A stretch of DNA of 64,000 nucleotides from a virus: positions 1-64,000 of the IMG/VR virus record IMGVR_UViG_3300009320_000008. One strand, 5' to 3'. Shown one piece after another: positions 29,036-38,852 of this stretch. How positions within the stretch are numbered: the first letter of the stretch is position 1; each line of letters starts with the position of its first letter. The position numbers were made by a program, and so were the translations under genes. The notes below the pieces were generated by a model. That model ran no database searches. It had not been told where the DNA came from and saw only the letters and a list, made by a program, of their open reading frames with translations.

Positions 29036-29629
29036 CTACTTCTTGTCCGATGTCGGGGGATTCACCGCAGTGATGATGGCGGTGGCCGCTTCCTTTTCCC
29101 CTTGCTCATTGAAGACCCATCCCCACTTCTTTTTGCAGTAGCCGATGTGTCCTTTGAGTTGGGCCAGGTTCCATTCCTTTACCTGGAGGCCTTTTTCCTT
29201 GGTGAAGGCATTGGCCCCGGCAACGATGTCCACCAGTTTGTTCCCTTCGACCAACATGGCGTTGACTTTTTGGGTGGTGGTTTTGGGATCGGCCACGGTC
29301 TTTTTCAATTCGTCCAGGGACTTGCCGAGAGAAGATCCGATTTTCAATCCCTTTGGCCGTCCCTGCCCACCCGATTTTTTGGCATTGGGATCGGGGGCCG
29401 GGTCCTTGGCCTCGTCCGACAGATTGTCATTGTAGAACTGAATGCAGATTTCCGGAATTTCTGCTTCCGCTTCGTGCATTTTGACCAGGTTGGCCTCAAA
29501 GGTCTCGATCATGACCGTTTTGGCGACGCCGACAGTCCGCATGGGTGGCTCAATTTTACATCCATCATTCAATGCCACAATAGCAGCCTTCAATTCTCCA
29601 AAAACAATGTTTGGTGCGGTTTTAGCCAT
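29036..29629 (-). CDS. Putative DNA-binding protein (winged-helix-like C-terminus), GC-rich codon usage
   Basis: Strong RBS AAGGAGG, own upstream intergenic region; distant similarity to 51173-51946 and 55420-55836. Confidence 0.55.
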   Translation of the reverse strand: MAKTAPNIVFGELKAAIVALNDGCKIEPPMRTVGVAKTVMIETFEANLVKMHEAEAEIPEICIQFYNDNLSDEAKDPAPDPNAKKSGGQGRPKGLKIGSSLGKSLDELKKTVADPKTTTQKVNAMLVEGNKLVDIVAGANAFTKEKGLQVKEWNLAQLKGHIGYCKKKWGWVFNEQGEKEAATAIITAVNPPTSDKK

Positions 29630-29782
29630 TTGCGTTCCTCCTTTTCGTTGTGCGTTAATTTGTGGGACTGTACCCTGTCTAAACGTTCAATAGTACTATA
29701 GCATACTTTTGGGTTAGCCGCCCAGGAAAAATGAAAATTTTTTCACATTTTTTCGAAACTTGCATTTTTCCTCAAGAACGAT

Positions 29783-31390
29783 CTATTTGACTTCTTTCAG
29801 ATCGATAAGTTTATGGAGCTGTGTGTTAATAACCACCTCGTGGAGATTGTGTTTATTCAGCTCTTTTAGGATGTCAGGAACGCTGATATCCGCAAATCCC
29901 GTATTTACCGGAGATATTGCCATCCTCGCCGCAAGTCCCATCCCATTAAACATTTTTATTTTATTGATGGCAAAATCAAGGTCATTATTCCCATCTACTA
30001 CAAATTTAACGAAATCCTTATAGTTTAGTTTCCTGACGAAATTTAACCTGCCTATTACATAATGAGCCATTCCAGAACTTGGACATTTATAATCTACCAC
30101 CCAATTGGCAGCTAATGTGGGAGGAATCCATGTTCCATTTGTTTCAATTGTGACCACAATATTTTGTCCCGCAAGTTTTGAAACAAGATGTGCGACCTCA
30201 TCGATTTGAAGGAGAGGCTCACCTCCTGTTATAGTCACTTTGGCCGTTCCAAGTTGCATGATTTGATCAAAGACCTTTTTTACAGGGGTTTCGGTTCCTG
30301 AATCAGGAGATTGTGCGTACTTGGTGTCGCAGTTATGCACCCACATATAATCTACAAGATAAGAATTATATGGAAAGCATGATATGTTCCACACTTTTAG
30401 TGGTTTTGGGCGGGTTGAAGGCGGATAATCATTTCTATCTATATGTTTTATTTCTTCTACTTTATACCCGTTTAATGCTGTCAGTCTGTTTCTACTTTTG
30501 ACGGAAAGGTTCTTTCCGTCTTTTCTTTCTCCCCTCCAAAAACTATATCCTCTTTTATGAATCTTGTTATGACAAGGATAACAAGAAATAAGGAGGTTCT
30601 CCCAATCATCATTTTTCTTATCTGCGTCTTTATGATGGACACAACATTTTATATTGGTCTTCCCACACTCTTTACATGTATTTATTATTCCTTTCTTGCA
30701 CAGATTTTTTAGGTAATTATAATTTGTATTTATTCCCCCTCTCCAATTCGGATTTTTATCACCCATCATTTTAAGAGATAATTTCTTTTTTGTTTCCTTA
30801 TACTTCCTCTCAGATAAAGTACTAAAGGGATGTAAATAAATGCCTTGTTCCTGTTTTTTCTTAATGCTTGATGATATTTTTATACCTATTTTTTTATAAT
30901 CTTTTCCCTTCCCTGATTTCCGTGCCACTCTGGGATCTTTCATTGGGTTTCTTTCGCCCATTTTTGAGAATGATGCTTTTTGATTTGGGGATGAATGAAG
31001 GATCATATCTCCTATTTTTAAATTTTTGGTTTTAATCATTCCCTTAGTTGTGAAAAACGGATGCTCCTCCGTCACAAAGTAGGACACACCATTTATTTTC
31101 AACCTAAACCAAGAATTGACCTCTCTCGTAATTACCTCTTTTACTTCTGTTTCAACAAGGTTTTTGTTTTCATCAAAAGTCATTAACCAATCCCCAACTT
31201 TCATATCCATCAATTTTTTATTGGGAACTCTTGACGTTATTATTCTTGGAATTTTTCTTCCATTTATAATTCCAAAACAATAGGCGCATTTGATGTTACA
31301 TCCCGCAAGTCTTACAAATACAGTTTGCGTTCCTTGTCCATACCAATTAACTTCCCCATCTATCGATTTGAAAATGCTGAAAACGTTCAT
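29783..31390 (-). CDS. queE: 7-carboxy-7-deazaguanine synthase QueE containing an intein
   Basis: SIDGE, VFVRLAGCNIKCAY|intein|CDTKY, ITGGEPLLQ, IETNG, QLHK. Confidence 0.93.
   Translation of the reverse strand: MNVFSIFKSIDGEVNWYGQGTQTVFVRLAGCNIKCAYCFGIINGRKIPRIITSRVPNKKLMDMKVGDWLMTFDENKNLVETEVKEVITREVNSWFRLKINGVSYFVTEEHPFFTTKGMIKTKNLKIGDMILHSSPNQKASFSKMGERNPMKDPRVARKSGKGKDYKKIGIKISSSIKKKQEQGIYLHPFSTLSERKYKETKKKLSLKMMGDKNPNWRGGINTNYNYLKNLCKKGIINTCKECGKTNIKCCVHHKDADKKNDDWENLLISCYPCHNKIHKRGYSFWRGERKDGKNLSVKSRNRLTALNGYKVEEIKHIDRNDYPPSTRPKPLKVWNISCFPYNSYLVDYMWVHNCDTKYAQSPDSGTETPVKKVFDQIMQLGTAKVTITGGEPLLQIDEVAHLVSKLAGQNIVVTIETNGTWIPPTLAANWVVDYKCPSSGMAHYVIGRLNFVRKLNYKDFVKFVVDGNNDLDFAINKIKMFNGMGLAARMAISPVNTGFADISVPDILKELNKHNLHEVVINTQLHKLIDLKEVK
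30332..31279 (-). mobile_element. Intein (316 aa) carrying an HNH endonuclease
   Basis: Starts Cys, block B VTEEHPF, ends WVHN before Cys; CKEC..VHHKD..N...NL...C..CH..IH. Confidence 0.9.
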
Positions 31391-31402
31391 TCCTGGTCCT
31401 CC

Positions 31403-31807
31403 TTAAAAATATTGATCTTCTCTTCTCCACTCGGCGTAACAGGTTTCGGTTTCCCACAGACGAACACGGGAGACACTTCTGAAACTTGAAAAGGGCTTTG
31501 TTCCTCCTTCTTTCGGTTCTTCCAGTTTTTCCCGAAGGATTGAAACTATATACAAAATCATATGCTCGGCGGTGGGGTTACCGAAGGTGTCATTTAACAG
31601 TTCGTGATCAAATTTTTCCACCACAGGTCGCACTATTTCTTTCAGGTCAGCAAAATCCATCACCATACCAGAAACAGTAGAAATCGTACCTTTTATTTCG
31701 ACTTCCAGTTTATAACTATGCCCATGGAGGTTTTGGCATTTCCCCACATGTAAAGGCAGCCGGTGGGCAGCTTCAAATGTAAACCTCTTACATATTCTTA
31801 TCAGCAT
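31403..31807 (-). CDS. queD: 6-carboxy-5,6,7,8-tetrahydropterin synthase
   Basis: FEAAHRL, CQNLHGHSY, MDF.DLK, DH..LN, PTAE, WET. Confidence 0.95.
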   Translation of the reverse strand: MLIRICKRFTFEAAHRLPLHVGKCQNLHGHSYKLEVEIKGTISTVSGMVMDFADLKEIVRPVVEKFDHELLNDTFGNPTAEHMILYIVSILREKLEEPKEGGTKPFSSFRSVSRVRLWETETCYAEWRREDQYF

Positions 31808-32015
31808 TTTTTACCTCCTTTAGTGAGGACAACATAATGATTATCCCCTGTATGATTCGTTCTCCTTCGTCTGTTTCTCCAGGAACGATGGATGTAATTA
31901 TCCATATCAAAAATATACAGACCAACAATCGCAATCTATCCCAGACTCGTTTCCAACCAACAAGAACGCCTGTCCATTTGATCTCAGAAGTTTGGTGTGT
32001 CATTAAGTTTTTCAT
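31788..32015 (-). CDS. Small membrane protein
   Basis: Hydrophobic segment; RBS GGAGGGAG. Confidence 0.45.
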   Translation of the reverse strand: MKNLMTHQTSEIKWTGVLVGWKRVWDRLRLLVCIFLIWIITSIVPGETDEGERIIQGIIIMLSSLKEVKNADKNM

Positions 32016-32116
32016 TAAACTCCCTCCATTGTGTGTCTTTGATATGCATTATTGGGAATAAGGGGATTTTATTTCCCTCAAAAGAAAGATCCTCTGGTGA
32101 TCTATATAAATTGCAT

Positions 32117-32830
32117 TCATAGTTTTTTTGAGGAAAGACCAAAGCCAAGAATAACGTCTGTTGGATCAGTTAAAAATCTGTTGCAGGTTGTGGACGGTAA
32201 ATCTGAACATCCTAACCAACTATTGGCATGTGCCTTTTGGATAATACCTCCACTCACCCACATTTGAAATACTATAGAGAAGGGGACACATATAGCCGCT
32301 GATGTTCTCTTTGAAAGTTCTTTGAACAATTCAGGTTCCGTTCCAATGAATTTGTGAATCCCAACTAATGAATGCCTCCAGAATACCCAATAAAGCTTAT
32401 GAGCAGGACGTTCTATCAACCATTGTTTGTGTTTTGTTACCTGGAAATTATACAAGTTACAATGATTTCCATTACATACAGATTTGCTTTCATATCCTTC
32501 CTTTTTTCTCTTACTATACACATCCATTTTAACGCCTGTTACTTTGGATATCGTTCCACTTCTCTCTCGTGCATAGGGAATGATATGATTGGAATTTTTT
32601 ATTGGGAATAGCCTTGTATGGATCAATCCTCCGAATATTCCCGCTGTAAGACATTCGAAGAACAATCCCATTTTTACATGTGCGGTTTTAGGTTTAAATC
32701 TTTTGTGAGGCATTCCTGGAATTAAGCATTGCTTCATTCTTCCCCGGGTCGATCCAATAACCGTGATATTTTTCTTCCAAGATTTGTAGGTTTTAGTTCC
32801 TATTAGCATTTGTGGAAATGGGGAGGGCAT
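32117..32830 (-). CDS. Hypothetical protein (possible nuclease)
   Basis: MPSPFP start after dnaB; MDVY..ESKS loosely resembles PD-(D/E)XK. Confidence 0.4.
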   Translation of the reverse strand: MPSPFPQMLIGTKTYKSWKKNITVIGSTRGRMKQCLIPGMPHKRFKPKTAHVKMGLFFECLTAGIFGGLIHTRLFPIKNSNHIIPYARERSGTISKVTGVKMDVYSKRKKEGYESKSVCNGNHCNLYNFQVTKHKQWLIERPAHKLYWVFWRHSLVGIHKFIGTEPELFKELSKRTSAAICVPFSIVFQMWVSGGIIQKAHANSWLGCSDLPSTTCNRFLTDPTDVILGFGLSSKKL

Positions 32831-32831
32831 T

Positions 32832-34346
32832 CTATCTCCATTCGCTGTCAACGACCATCTGTCCAGCGTCCAGATTTTGCAGTACCATACATGTCTCGTC
32901 TCCACAATCTCTATGACGATGGAGGAGTGTACTGATCCGTATAACATTGGCTCTTTTCTCTGCTTCGGTTTGACTCATGGCAAGCATAGCGTCCACATGC
33001 CCAAGCTTACCTACCCATTTTGCCGTGTGAGATTGTCTGACTTGCACGGCGTCCAAAGCATCTTTGTTTACCTGTGTGGGAGTAACCACCAAAGATTTCT
33101 TCTCTGCTGCTAATTGGGAGAGGGCTATCCATGTTCTGTCTTCTTTTTCTACACCTATAAGCCCTGCTTGTTCTGGTTTTAGGATGTCGGCATAGTCGAT
33201 TACTATGATATCCGGGAGAAACCCTTCGGTTTTCTCAAGGAGATATAAATCCTGTTTAATGTCAGATATATTTGCTGTAAAACGGGGGTAGGGCATAAAT
33301 CGAAAGTTATCCCCATACATTTCTTCGATAGACATTACTTGCTTTGTGACCAAAGAGCTTTCCATTTTGGGACGGTCTAACATTTCATACCATACGTCCT
33401 TTTTGAATTGCTCTCGCCAATCCTTTTCGGGATGATTTCGACAGAACGTACAAGGTTTGTATCTATTTTCAAGATCGAAATCAGGTTTACGTCCTTCGTC
33501 GTCAAACAGCTTGATATGGTTTTCTCTTTGATGCATTGTGCAAGTATCATCTTGGTTTAACAAGCAATCGAAAAGTGGGTATCTTAACTCCCCTCCTTTA
33601 TCCCATGTGCCTGTCAATCGTTTGTAAAGACGTTCCTCTGTAGATTCTTCGCTCATTTCCAAAGAGAAAAAAGCAACTTTTAAGTGATTTAAAAATCCAA
33701 GGATGGCGAATTCTTGAGCAAACCAAGTTTTACCCCGTTTGAAGGGAGCAGATATTCCAATAAGCCACCCTCTTTTGTAATCGCCCAAGAACTCTCCTAA
33801 TGCTCCAGGGAATTGAAAGAACACCTCATCGGGAAATTGAAAGAACTTGGAAATAGATCGCTCGGAAAAAGGATTTACCCATTGTGACGTGGTTTTGGAG
33901 ACTTTGTTGAATCCAAGCACCCTGTCTTCAGCTTCTTTAACTTTATCCGTGCTTAACAAATACCTTAGTTCGGCGTTTAGTAAAGACAGGGATTGCTTTT
34001 TGAAGTACATTGTGGTATCATCATACAAAAGAGGAATGTTGATTCCCTGCTCATTTTCGAATTTCTTGGAGGCATCTGTAAGTATCCGGCTGATCAGTGT
34101 TAGCTGATCGGGTTCAATATTATCCCTGTTAGCCAAAAATATATCCTGTATACTCTCCATTGGAGCTTTTTCGTAGGTCTCAAAATGTTCCATACACCAC
34201 TTCGCAATTGTCTCGTGGTATTCGTTTTGGAAGTACTCAAGACGAAACATGTCCTTTATTTTGATGATGTAATCTGTGGAGACTATCAGCCCAATTACAA
34301 TCCGCTTCTCAAGTGTAGTTTCAACTGTCTCTCGTGTGAATCCCAA
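32832..34346 (-). CDS. dnaB: DnaB-like replicative helicase with Cys-rich insertion
   Basis: APFKRGKT, FFSLEMS, IVIDYADIL, TPTQVN. Confidence 0.9.
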   Translation of the reverse strand: MGFTRETVETTLEKRIVIGLIVSTDYIIKIKDMFRLEYFQNEYHETIAKWCMEHFETYEKAPMESIQDIFLANRDNIEPDQLTLISRILTDASKKFENEQGINIPLLYDDTTMYFKKQSLSLLNAELRYLLSTDKVKEAEDRVLGFNKVSKTTSQWVNPFSERSISKFFQFPDEVFFQFPGALGEFLGDYKRGWLIGISAPFKRGKTWFAQEFAILGFLNHLKVAFFSLEMSEESTEERLYKRLTGTWDKGGELRYPLFDCLLNQDDTCTMHQRENHIKLFDDEGRKPDFDLENRYKPCTFCRNHPEKDWREQFKKDVWYEMLDRPKMESSLVTKQVMSIEEMYGDNFRFMPYPRFTANISDIKQDLYLLEKTEGFLPDIIVIDYADILKPEQAGLIGVEKEDRTWIALSQLAAEKKSLVVTPTQVNKDALDAVQVRQSHTAKWVGKLGHVDAMLAMSQTEAEKRANVIRISTLLHRHRDCGDETCMVLQNLDAGQMVVDSEWR

Positions 34347-34355
34347 TTAGCTCTC

Positions 34356-35192
34356 CTATATTGAATTCCCCTGTGTAAAAAGTCCTGCTTTGTTAATTGC
34401 TTCGGGAACACGTTCAAACACCCAGTCCCCGGCCATCCAATGTATGTTTATCTTACTCCTGTTGCCATAAGCGGCTTCCAATGCTGCATCAAATAGGACA
34501 TCAGCCATTACTCCGGGACGACTTGTGATGCCTGGTAACATTCTGCCGTTGTTTAATCGGAATATATTCATTAGGAGGAAGGATGATTTGCGGAATACGT
34601 TTTCCTCTCGTACTGAGAAGTCACGTTTAATTCCTCCTTGGCATTCTTTGATATATTTCTTTTTGATGGAATTGGTAAGAGCGGGACATCGATCATCGAT
34701 CAGTGGTATAAGGAGTTCGGGGCGATTCTCGTGGAAGTGTAAAAACCAGCTTTTTTTCACTGCGTATTTGTTGTATAGGAAGGTGGGTAAGGACAGACCA
34801 GAAAGGAGTTTCTTGTTCTTTGGTTTATAAAGGGGACTTAATGAAGAATTTAATCTGTCCACGGATGTCATAAAATCTTCGGGGGTGAATTTGGTGTCGG
34901 TATATTTGGGATCAATTCCCTCCAGCCCCCTGTAGAACCCTTTTCTGAATAGCTTTTGCAAACCAGACACGCATTTTTCATGGGTAAGGGTTCCCTTTCG
35001 ATGTGTAGTACCCCCGAATTTGTTCCAGTAAAGAAATGCCTCTTCCACCTCGTTTTTGATAAAGTGGGTTTTCTTGGCGGCGATTTTTAACTTGGGTTTC
35101 TTGGGTTGAAGTTCCTCCCTTTCTCTGAAGGTAATGCTTCCATTTGCTTTTTTGTTGGTAAGGATTGCTTTCTTTGACAGATTCAACTCCAT
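34356..35192 (-). CDS. Hypothetical replication-region protein
   Basis: RBS GGAGGT before MELNLS; lies between primase and helicase. Confidence 0.55.
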   Translation of the reverse strand: MELNLSKKAILTNKKANGSITFREREELQPKKPKLKIAAKKTHFIKNEVEEAFLYWNKFGGTTHRKGTLTHEKCVSGLQKLFRKGFYRGLEGIDPKYTDTKFTPEDFMTSVDRLNSSLSPLYKPKNKKLLSGLSLPTFLYNKYAVKKSWFLHFHENRPELLIPLIDDRCPALTNSIKKKYIKECQGGIKRDFSVREENVFRKSSFLLMNIFRLNNGRMLPGITSRPGVMADVLFDAALEAAYGNRSKINIHWMAGDWVFERVPEAINKAGLFTQGNSI

Positions 35193-35719
35193 ACTTGTTA
35201 CCTCCCAATGCATTTGCAAGCCGAAACACAGTCGGGTTAAAAAAACCCGACTTAGATACTACTTGAAGGACAAAGGGATATACGAAGTATATCACTTTAT
35301 CCAAGAGTAGTATAATATATATTTTTTTATTTTTTATTTTCTCTTTTTTCTTTGGTTCTTTCTTTTTTCTCTTTTCTTTTTTGTTTTTTTGGGATGATGG
35401 GAAAATCTCGGGGAGAAATGGTATGAAACCAGCGTATGTCCCGGTCATGTGAGAATGGGATGGGATGCTTATATGTTCAGAACCGGTAAAGAGGGGGGAA
35501 TCGGTTGATACGATCAGGTTGGTCAGGGCGACCAAAGGAAGGAAGTTTTGAAACTTCATATTCCCTCCTTACCAGTTCTGAACATATAAACAAACATAAA
35601 AACACCTCATTTTCGTAGTGTCTCAAGTTTTACAGGGCGTTGCACCCTGATCACATCGCTTCAATTCCCATAGAGTGTTTGAATCGTTGCATAAAATAAA
35701 ATCTTTGTCAAGAACTTTT

Positions 35720-36664
35720 TTATTTTCCAAACACCAAGCTTCGTAAATGTTTGATATCCTCGGGGTTCATATCGCCCGGATCGCCTTCGTCCAAAGTTAT
35801 TTTTTCTACATGATTTACTAAGGATGATAAATTGGATGCAAGTTTTCTGGCTAATCTTTGGGCTTCATCCTCAGCATCCAACATGATAAAAACCCGTTTA
35901 TATTGAGACAGAAGAAGCACCTGTTTTTGGGTATATTTCATGCCACAAAGTGCCACACACCCATCCCCAATTCTCCACACATCTGTTGGTCCTTCCACAA
36001 CGATAATTGTGTCCCTTGCGTTGTCTGTATTGTACAGTTCTGATTTTGGGTGGGTCTGGCTTTCGTCCACCGGCTGATGTAGATAGGGAATATTGTTAGT
36101 TCCTGTTATATCCCTTGCTGTGAATGTTACTTTCTTTCCATGCTGATAAAACGGGACCACGATCCTGTGGTGATACTTGCCGATTGATCCCCCGCAATAT
36201 AGACCATACTTTTTTATCAAGACAACAGGATCGAAATTCCTTCCTACAATATACTCAACATATTCGGGGAATAAATCAGGGCTTATCATTTCATCTGAGA
36301 ATACACTATCAACAGATTTAAAATCCCTGAGCATACCGGCCTGTGGCTGTTCAAAATGTGGGTTGTCATAGTCATGTATAGTACGATATGCCTTGAAATC
36401 TGAAAGCGTTTTAAGGGCATTTGAGAAGCCGCAACCATCAATTTTCATAGCCAATGTAATGATGGTGCCTTTGGCGGGACATCGCCAACAGTTGAAGCCT
36501 CCAGTAGGACTAATACCAAGATGGTTGGAACGATCATCACAAAAGAGACAACGGATATTAGTCCAACCGTCTTTTACGTTCTTTCCTTCTGTATAGATTG
36601 TGATGTTTCGTGATTTCAGGTAGTCGGAAATGCTGACTAATGATAGGTCGAGTTGATCAGACAT
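35720..36664 (-). CDS. dnaG: DnaG-like primase
   Basis: CLFC..H..FNCWRC zinc finger, RIVVP, TAR, VVEGPTD, LD, DPGD. Confidence 0.9.
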   Translation of the reverse strand: MSDQLDLSLVSISDYLKSRNITIYTEGKNVKDGWTNIRCLFCDDRSNHLGISPTGGFNCWRCPAKGTIITLAMKIDGCGFSNALKTLSDFKAYRTIHDYDNPHFEQPQAGMLRDFKSVDSVFSDEMISPDLFPEYVEYIVGRNFDPVVLIKKYGLYCGGSIGKYHHRIVVPFYQHGKKVTFTARDITGTNNIPYLHQPVDESQTHPKSELYNTDNARDTIIVVEGPTDVWRIGDGCVALCGMKYTQKQVLLLSQYKRVFIMLDAEDEAQRLARKLASNLSSLVNHVEKITLDEGDPGDMNPEDIKHLRSLVFGK

Positions 36665-37045
36665 AATCAAGTCACCATACTCATAATCGTGCAAATCAGG
36701 TCTTTGAGATCCACTTCGGATTTGTGTGGAGGGTTTATCATCATTTGTTCTGAGTAAAACGATTCTTCGCATACCTGACATACTTCTTCGTAGGTATTTG
36801 GATCGTAGGTCCCAAACAGATGAAACTTGTCGCTACACTTCCCACAAACGATTAACGGAATTTTTATTTCCATAATTATATTATTCCTTTCGATACTAAC
36901 ACTGCAACAATAATTCCTGCAATGATTATTCCGGATATGGTGCATATAAAACCATCAAGAAGACCTCTTTTGTAAAGGTCTTTGTTATCCTTTTCAAGTT
37001 TCTTCATGAGTTCTATGAATTCGTCTTGGTTCATTTCTTTTTCCT

Positions 37046-37429
37046 TTAAAACAACGTGGTTTGTTTGTTCATGATTTTAGGGTTGGCGGAGTCGGGATTC
37101 GAACCCGTAGAGTTGCGCTCCCCTACCGATGAGGACCGACTCTCCGCCGAAAGTTTTAGCTTTAATTTCGGCTTTTTATCATCTTTCTTTGGAGAAAGCA
37201 ACAGCCTTTGTTTTGTGTTTCCTTCAACTTTTGGATGATTAAAATAATAACGACATTTCTTGGCATATTCTACATCCCCATTCATTTTGTTGCAGCATAT
37301 ACAAATCCCGATTCGTTGGATGTTGAACATATATTTAAAATTTGGACAACCAACACATCCTGGAGGAATTGATCCCTGCAAATGCTTGAATTTTCTATGG
37401 AGGTATTCTCTGGTTTTTATTTCATCCAT
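37046..37429 (-). CDS. Hypothetical Cys-rich protein ending QTTLF
   Basis: ORF; tail overlaps the tRNA-like element. Confidence 0.45.
   Translation of the reverse strand: MDEIKTREYLHRKFKHLQGSIPPGCVGCPNFKYMFNIQRIGICICCNKMNGDVEYAKKCRYYFNHPKVEGNTKQRLLLSPKKDDKKPKLKLKLSAESRSSSVGERNSTGSNPDSANPKIMNKQTTLF
37084..37148 (-). ncRNA. Degenerate tRNA-like element lacking one arm
   Basis: GGCGGAG/CTCCGCC acceptor stem, CGGG-TTCGAAT-CCCG T-arm, only 65 nt. Confidence 0.6.
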
Positions 37430-37431
37430 TT

Positions 37432-38211
37432 TTAGTTTAGACTCAAATAATAATGTTCTGCCAGAAGTTCGGTCAATTTTAACGTATCATCATGATTTAA
37501 TTCATCTGGTATAATTTCGTGTAGGGTTTGACTTTCTGCTTCTCCCCTTCCTTGTTCTTCATATGCTTCGTGAATGTCCTCAAACTCATCTTCCCAATCA
37601 CGTACATATTCTGGTTTCAGTTCGTTAATCCTTTCGTAAATCTCGTCTTCTGGATTATTGGAAACTATTTTGTCGAATAAGGTTTTTATTTTATCCATTT
37701 CTTCCTCCTCTTTCAGACCACATCGAATGATCGTGAAGTCGAAATTTTCAAGGATAGTTTGCATGTCTCCGGCCCCGACAACTGATCCTTCAACCACAGG
37801 CTTTATCAATTGAATTGTAGGGCAAGCAAAATAACGATGGTCGGATTTCTCTGGTTTTTTATAGGTGATCGCCATTTCGTTTTCGAATCGGATGTCTAAA
37901 TCATATTCCTTAAACATGATTCGGCAAGCTTCATAGGCTTCCACGTCATAGCAATAAATATCAACATCACCGGGAGGGGCAGGGGATTGGGTAGGGGAGG
38001 CCATGTACCGGACGTAACCACCACAGATGAAGGTGTTTTTGTCTTCCAGATCCATCAAGAGGCATTTGATTTCGTACAATCCCCTTCGAATCATCACGGT
38101 TTCAAATCCATCTTTTGAAACGTAGGATGGTTTGATTGGTTCGTTCTTTTCATCCGCGGTTGCTTCTTCATATTGCCGGAGATTATTTTCCGTCGATTTC
38201 TTTTTCGCCAT
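37432..38211 (-). CDS. Nucleotidyltransferase (CCA/polyA polymerase head-like), apparently fused to a downstream gene
   Basis: ICGGYVR, DVDIY, IQLI, FDFTI; internal GAGGAGG-ATG at 37698. Confidence 0.7.
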   Translation of the reverse strand: MAKKKSTENNLRQYEEATADEKNEPIKPSYVSKDGFETVMIRRGLYEIKCLLMDLEDKNTFICGGYVRYMASPTQSPAPPGDVDIYCYDVEAYEACRIMFKEYDLDIRFENEMAITYKKPEKSDHRYFACPTIQLIKPVVEGSVVGAGDMQTILENFDFTIIRCGLKEEEEMDKIKTLFDKIVSNNPEDEIYERINELKPEYVRDWEDEFEDIHEAYEEQGRGEAESQTLHEIIPDELNHDDTLKLTELLAEHYYLSLN

Positions 38212-38852
38212 TGTTATTTACCTCCATCACGTTTTTGAATACCTGATCTACGAAATGAGTATCAGGAAAATTATTGGTGTGAACTTCTGTCACTTGCGGT
38301 TTTATTTCGGATAGTTGCGTGTGGATTTTAATCAGGGTAATTGTGCATATAATTATAAGTCCCAATATTGTTCCTCTCCAAAGGAAAAGGAAAATATAAT
38401 CTAATATTTTTCCTACAGTCCCTTCTCTCATTTCTTTTTCCTCAGCATGAGTTTTTGTGGAAATAACTCGTCCATTATTTGGGCTTGTTCGCAGGTGTTG
38501 TCGCATAGACCACAACTATTCACCAATCTTCTTCCTCTGCACATTTCGGGGGTTAGGGGATGTGCGTATGCCTTGCAGAAAAATTGGTTTCCTTTAACAT
38601 CATATAATCGTTGTTTCTCTCTGGATATTTTTAGTTTCATTCCCAAAGTTCATCCTCCTCCCAAGATTCATCATCGTACCAACAATGGGTAGAATCCCAT
38701 GTGAAAACGGGGAAATCTTCACACTCCTTAATAATTTTTTTTACTAAGGTTTCCCGTTTTTCGGCCTCTACAATCATGTCTGTGGTAATCTCTCGTCTAT
38801 CAGATTGATTAACAACACATTGCAATGTTTGGTTAACTATCATTTTTGCCTC

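Noticed and set aside
28841-29701. 286-aa plus-strand ORF
   Set aside because: Antisense shadow of a GC-rich minus-strand gene; no RBS or motif.
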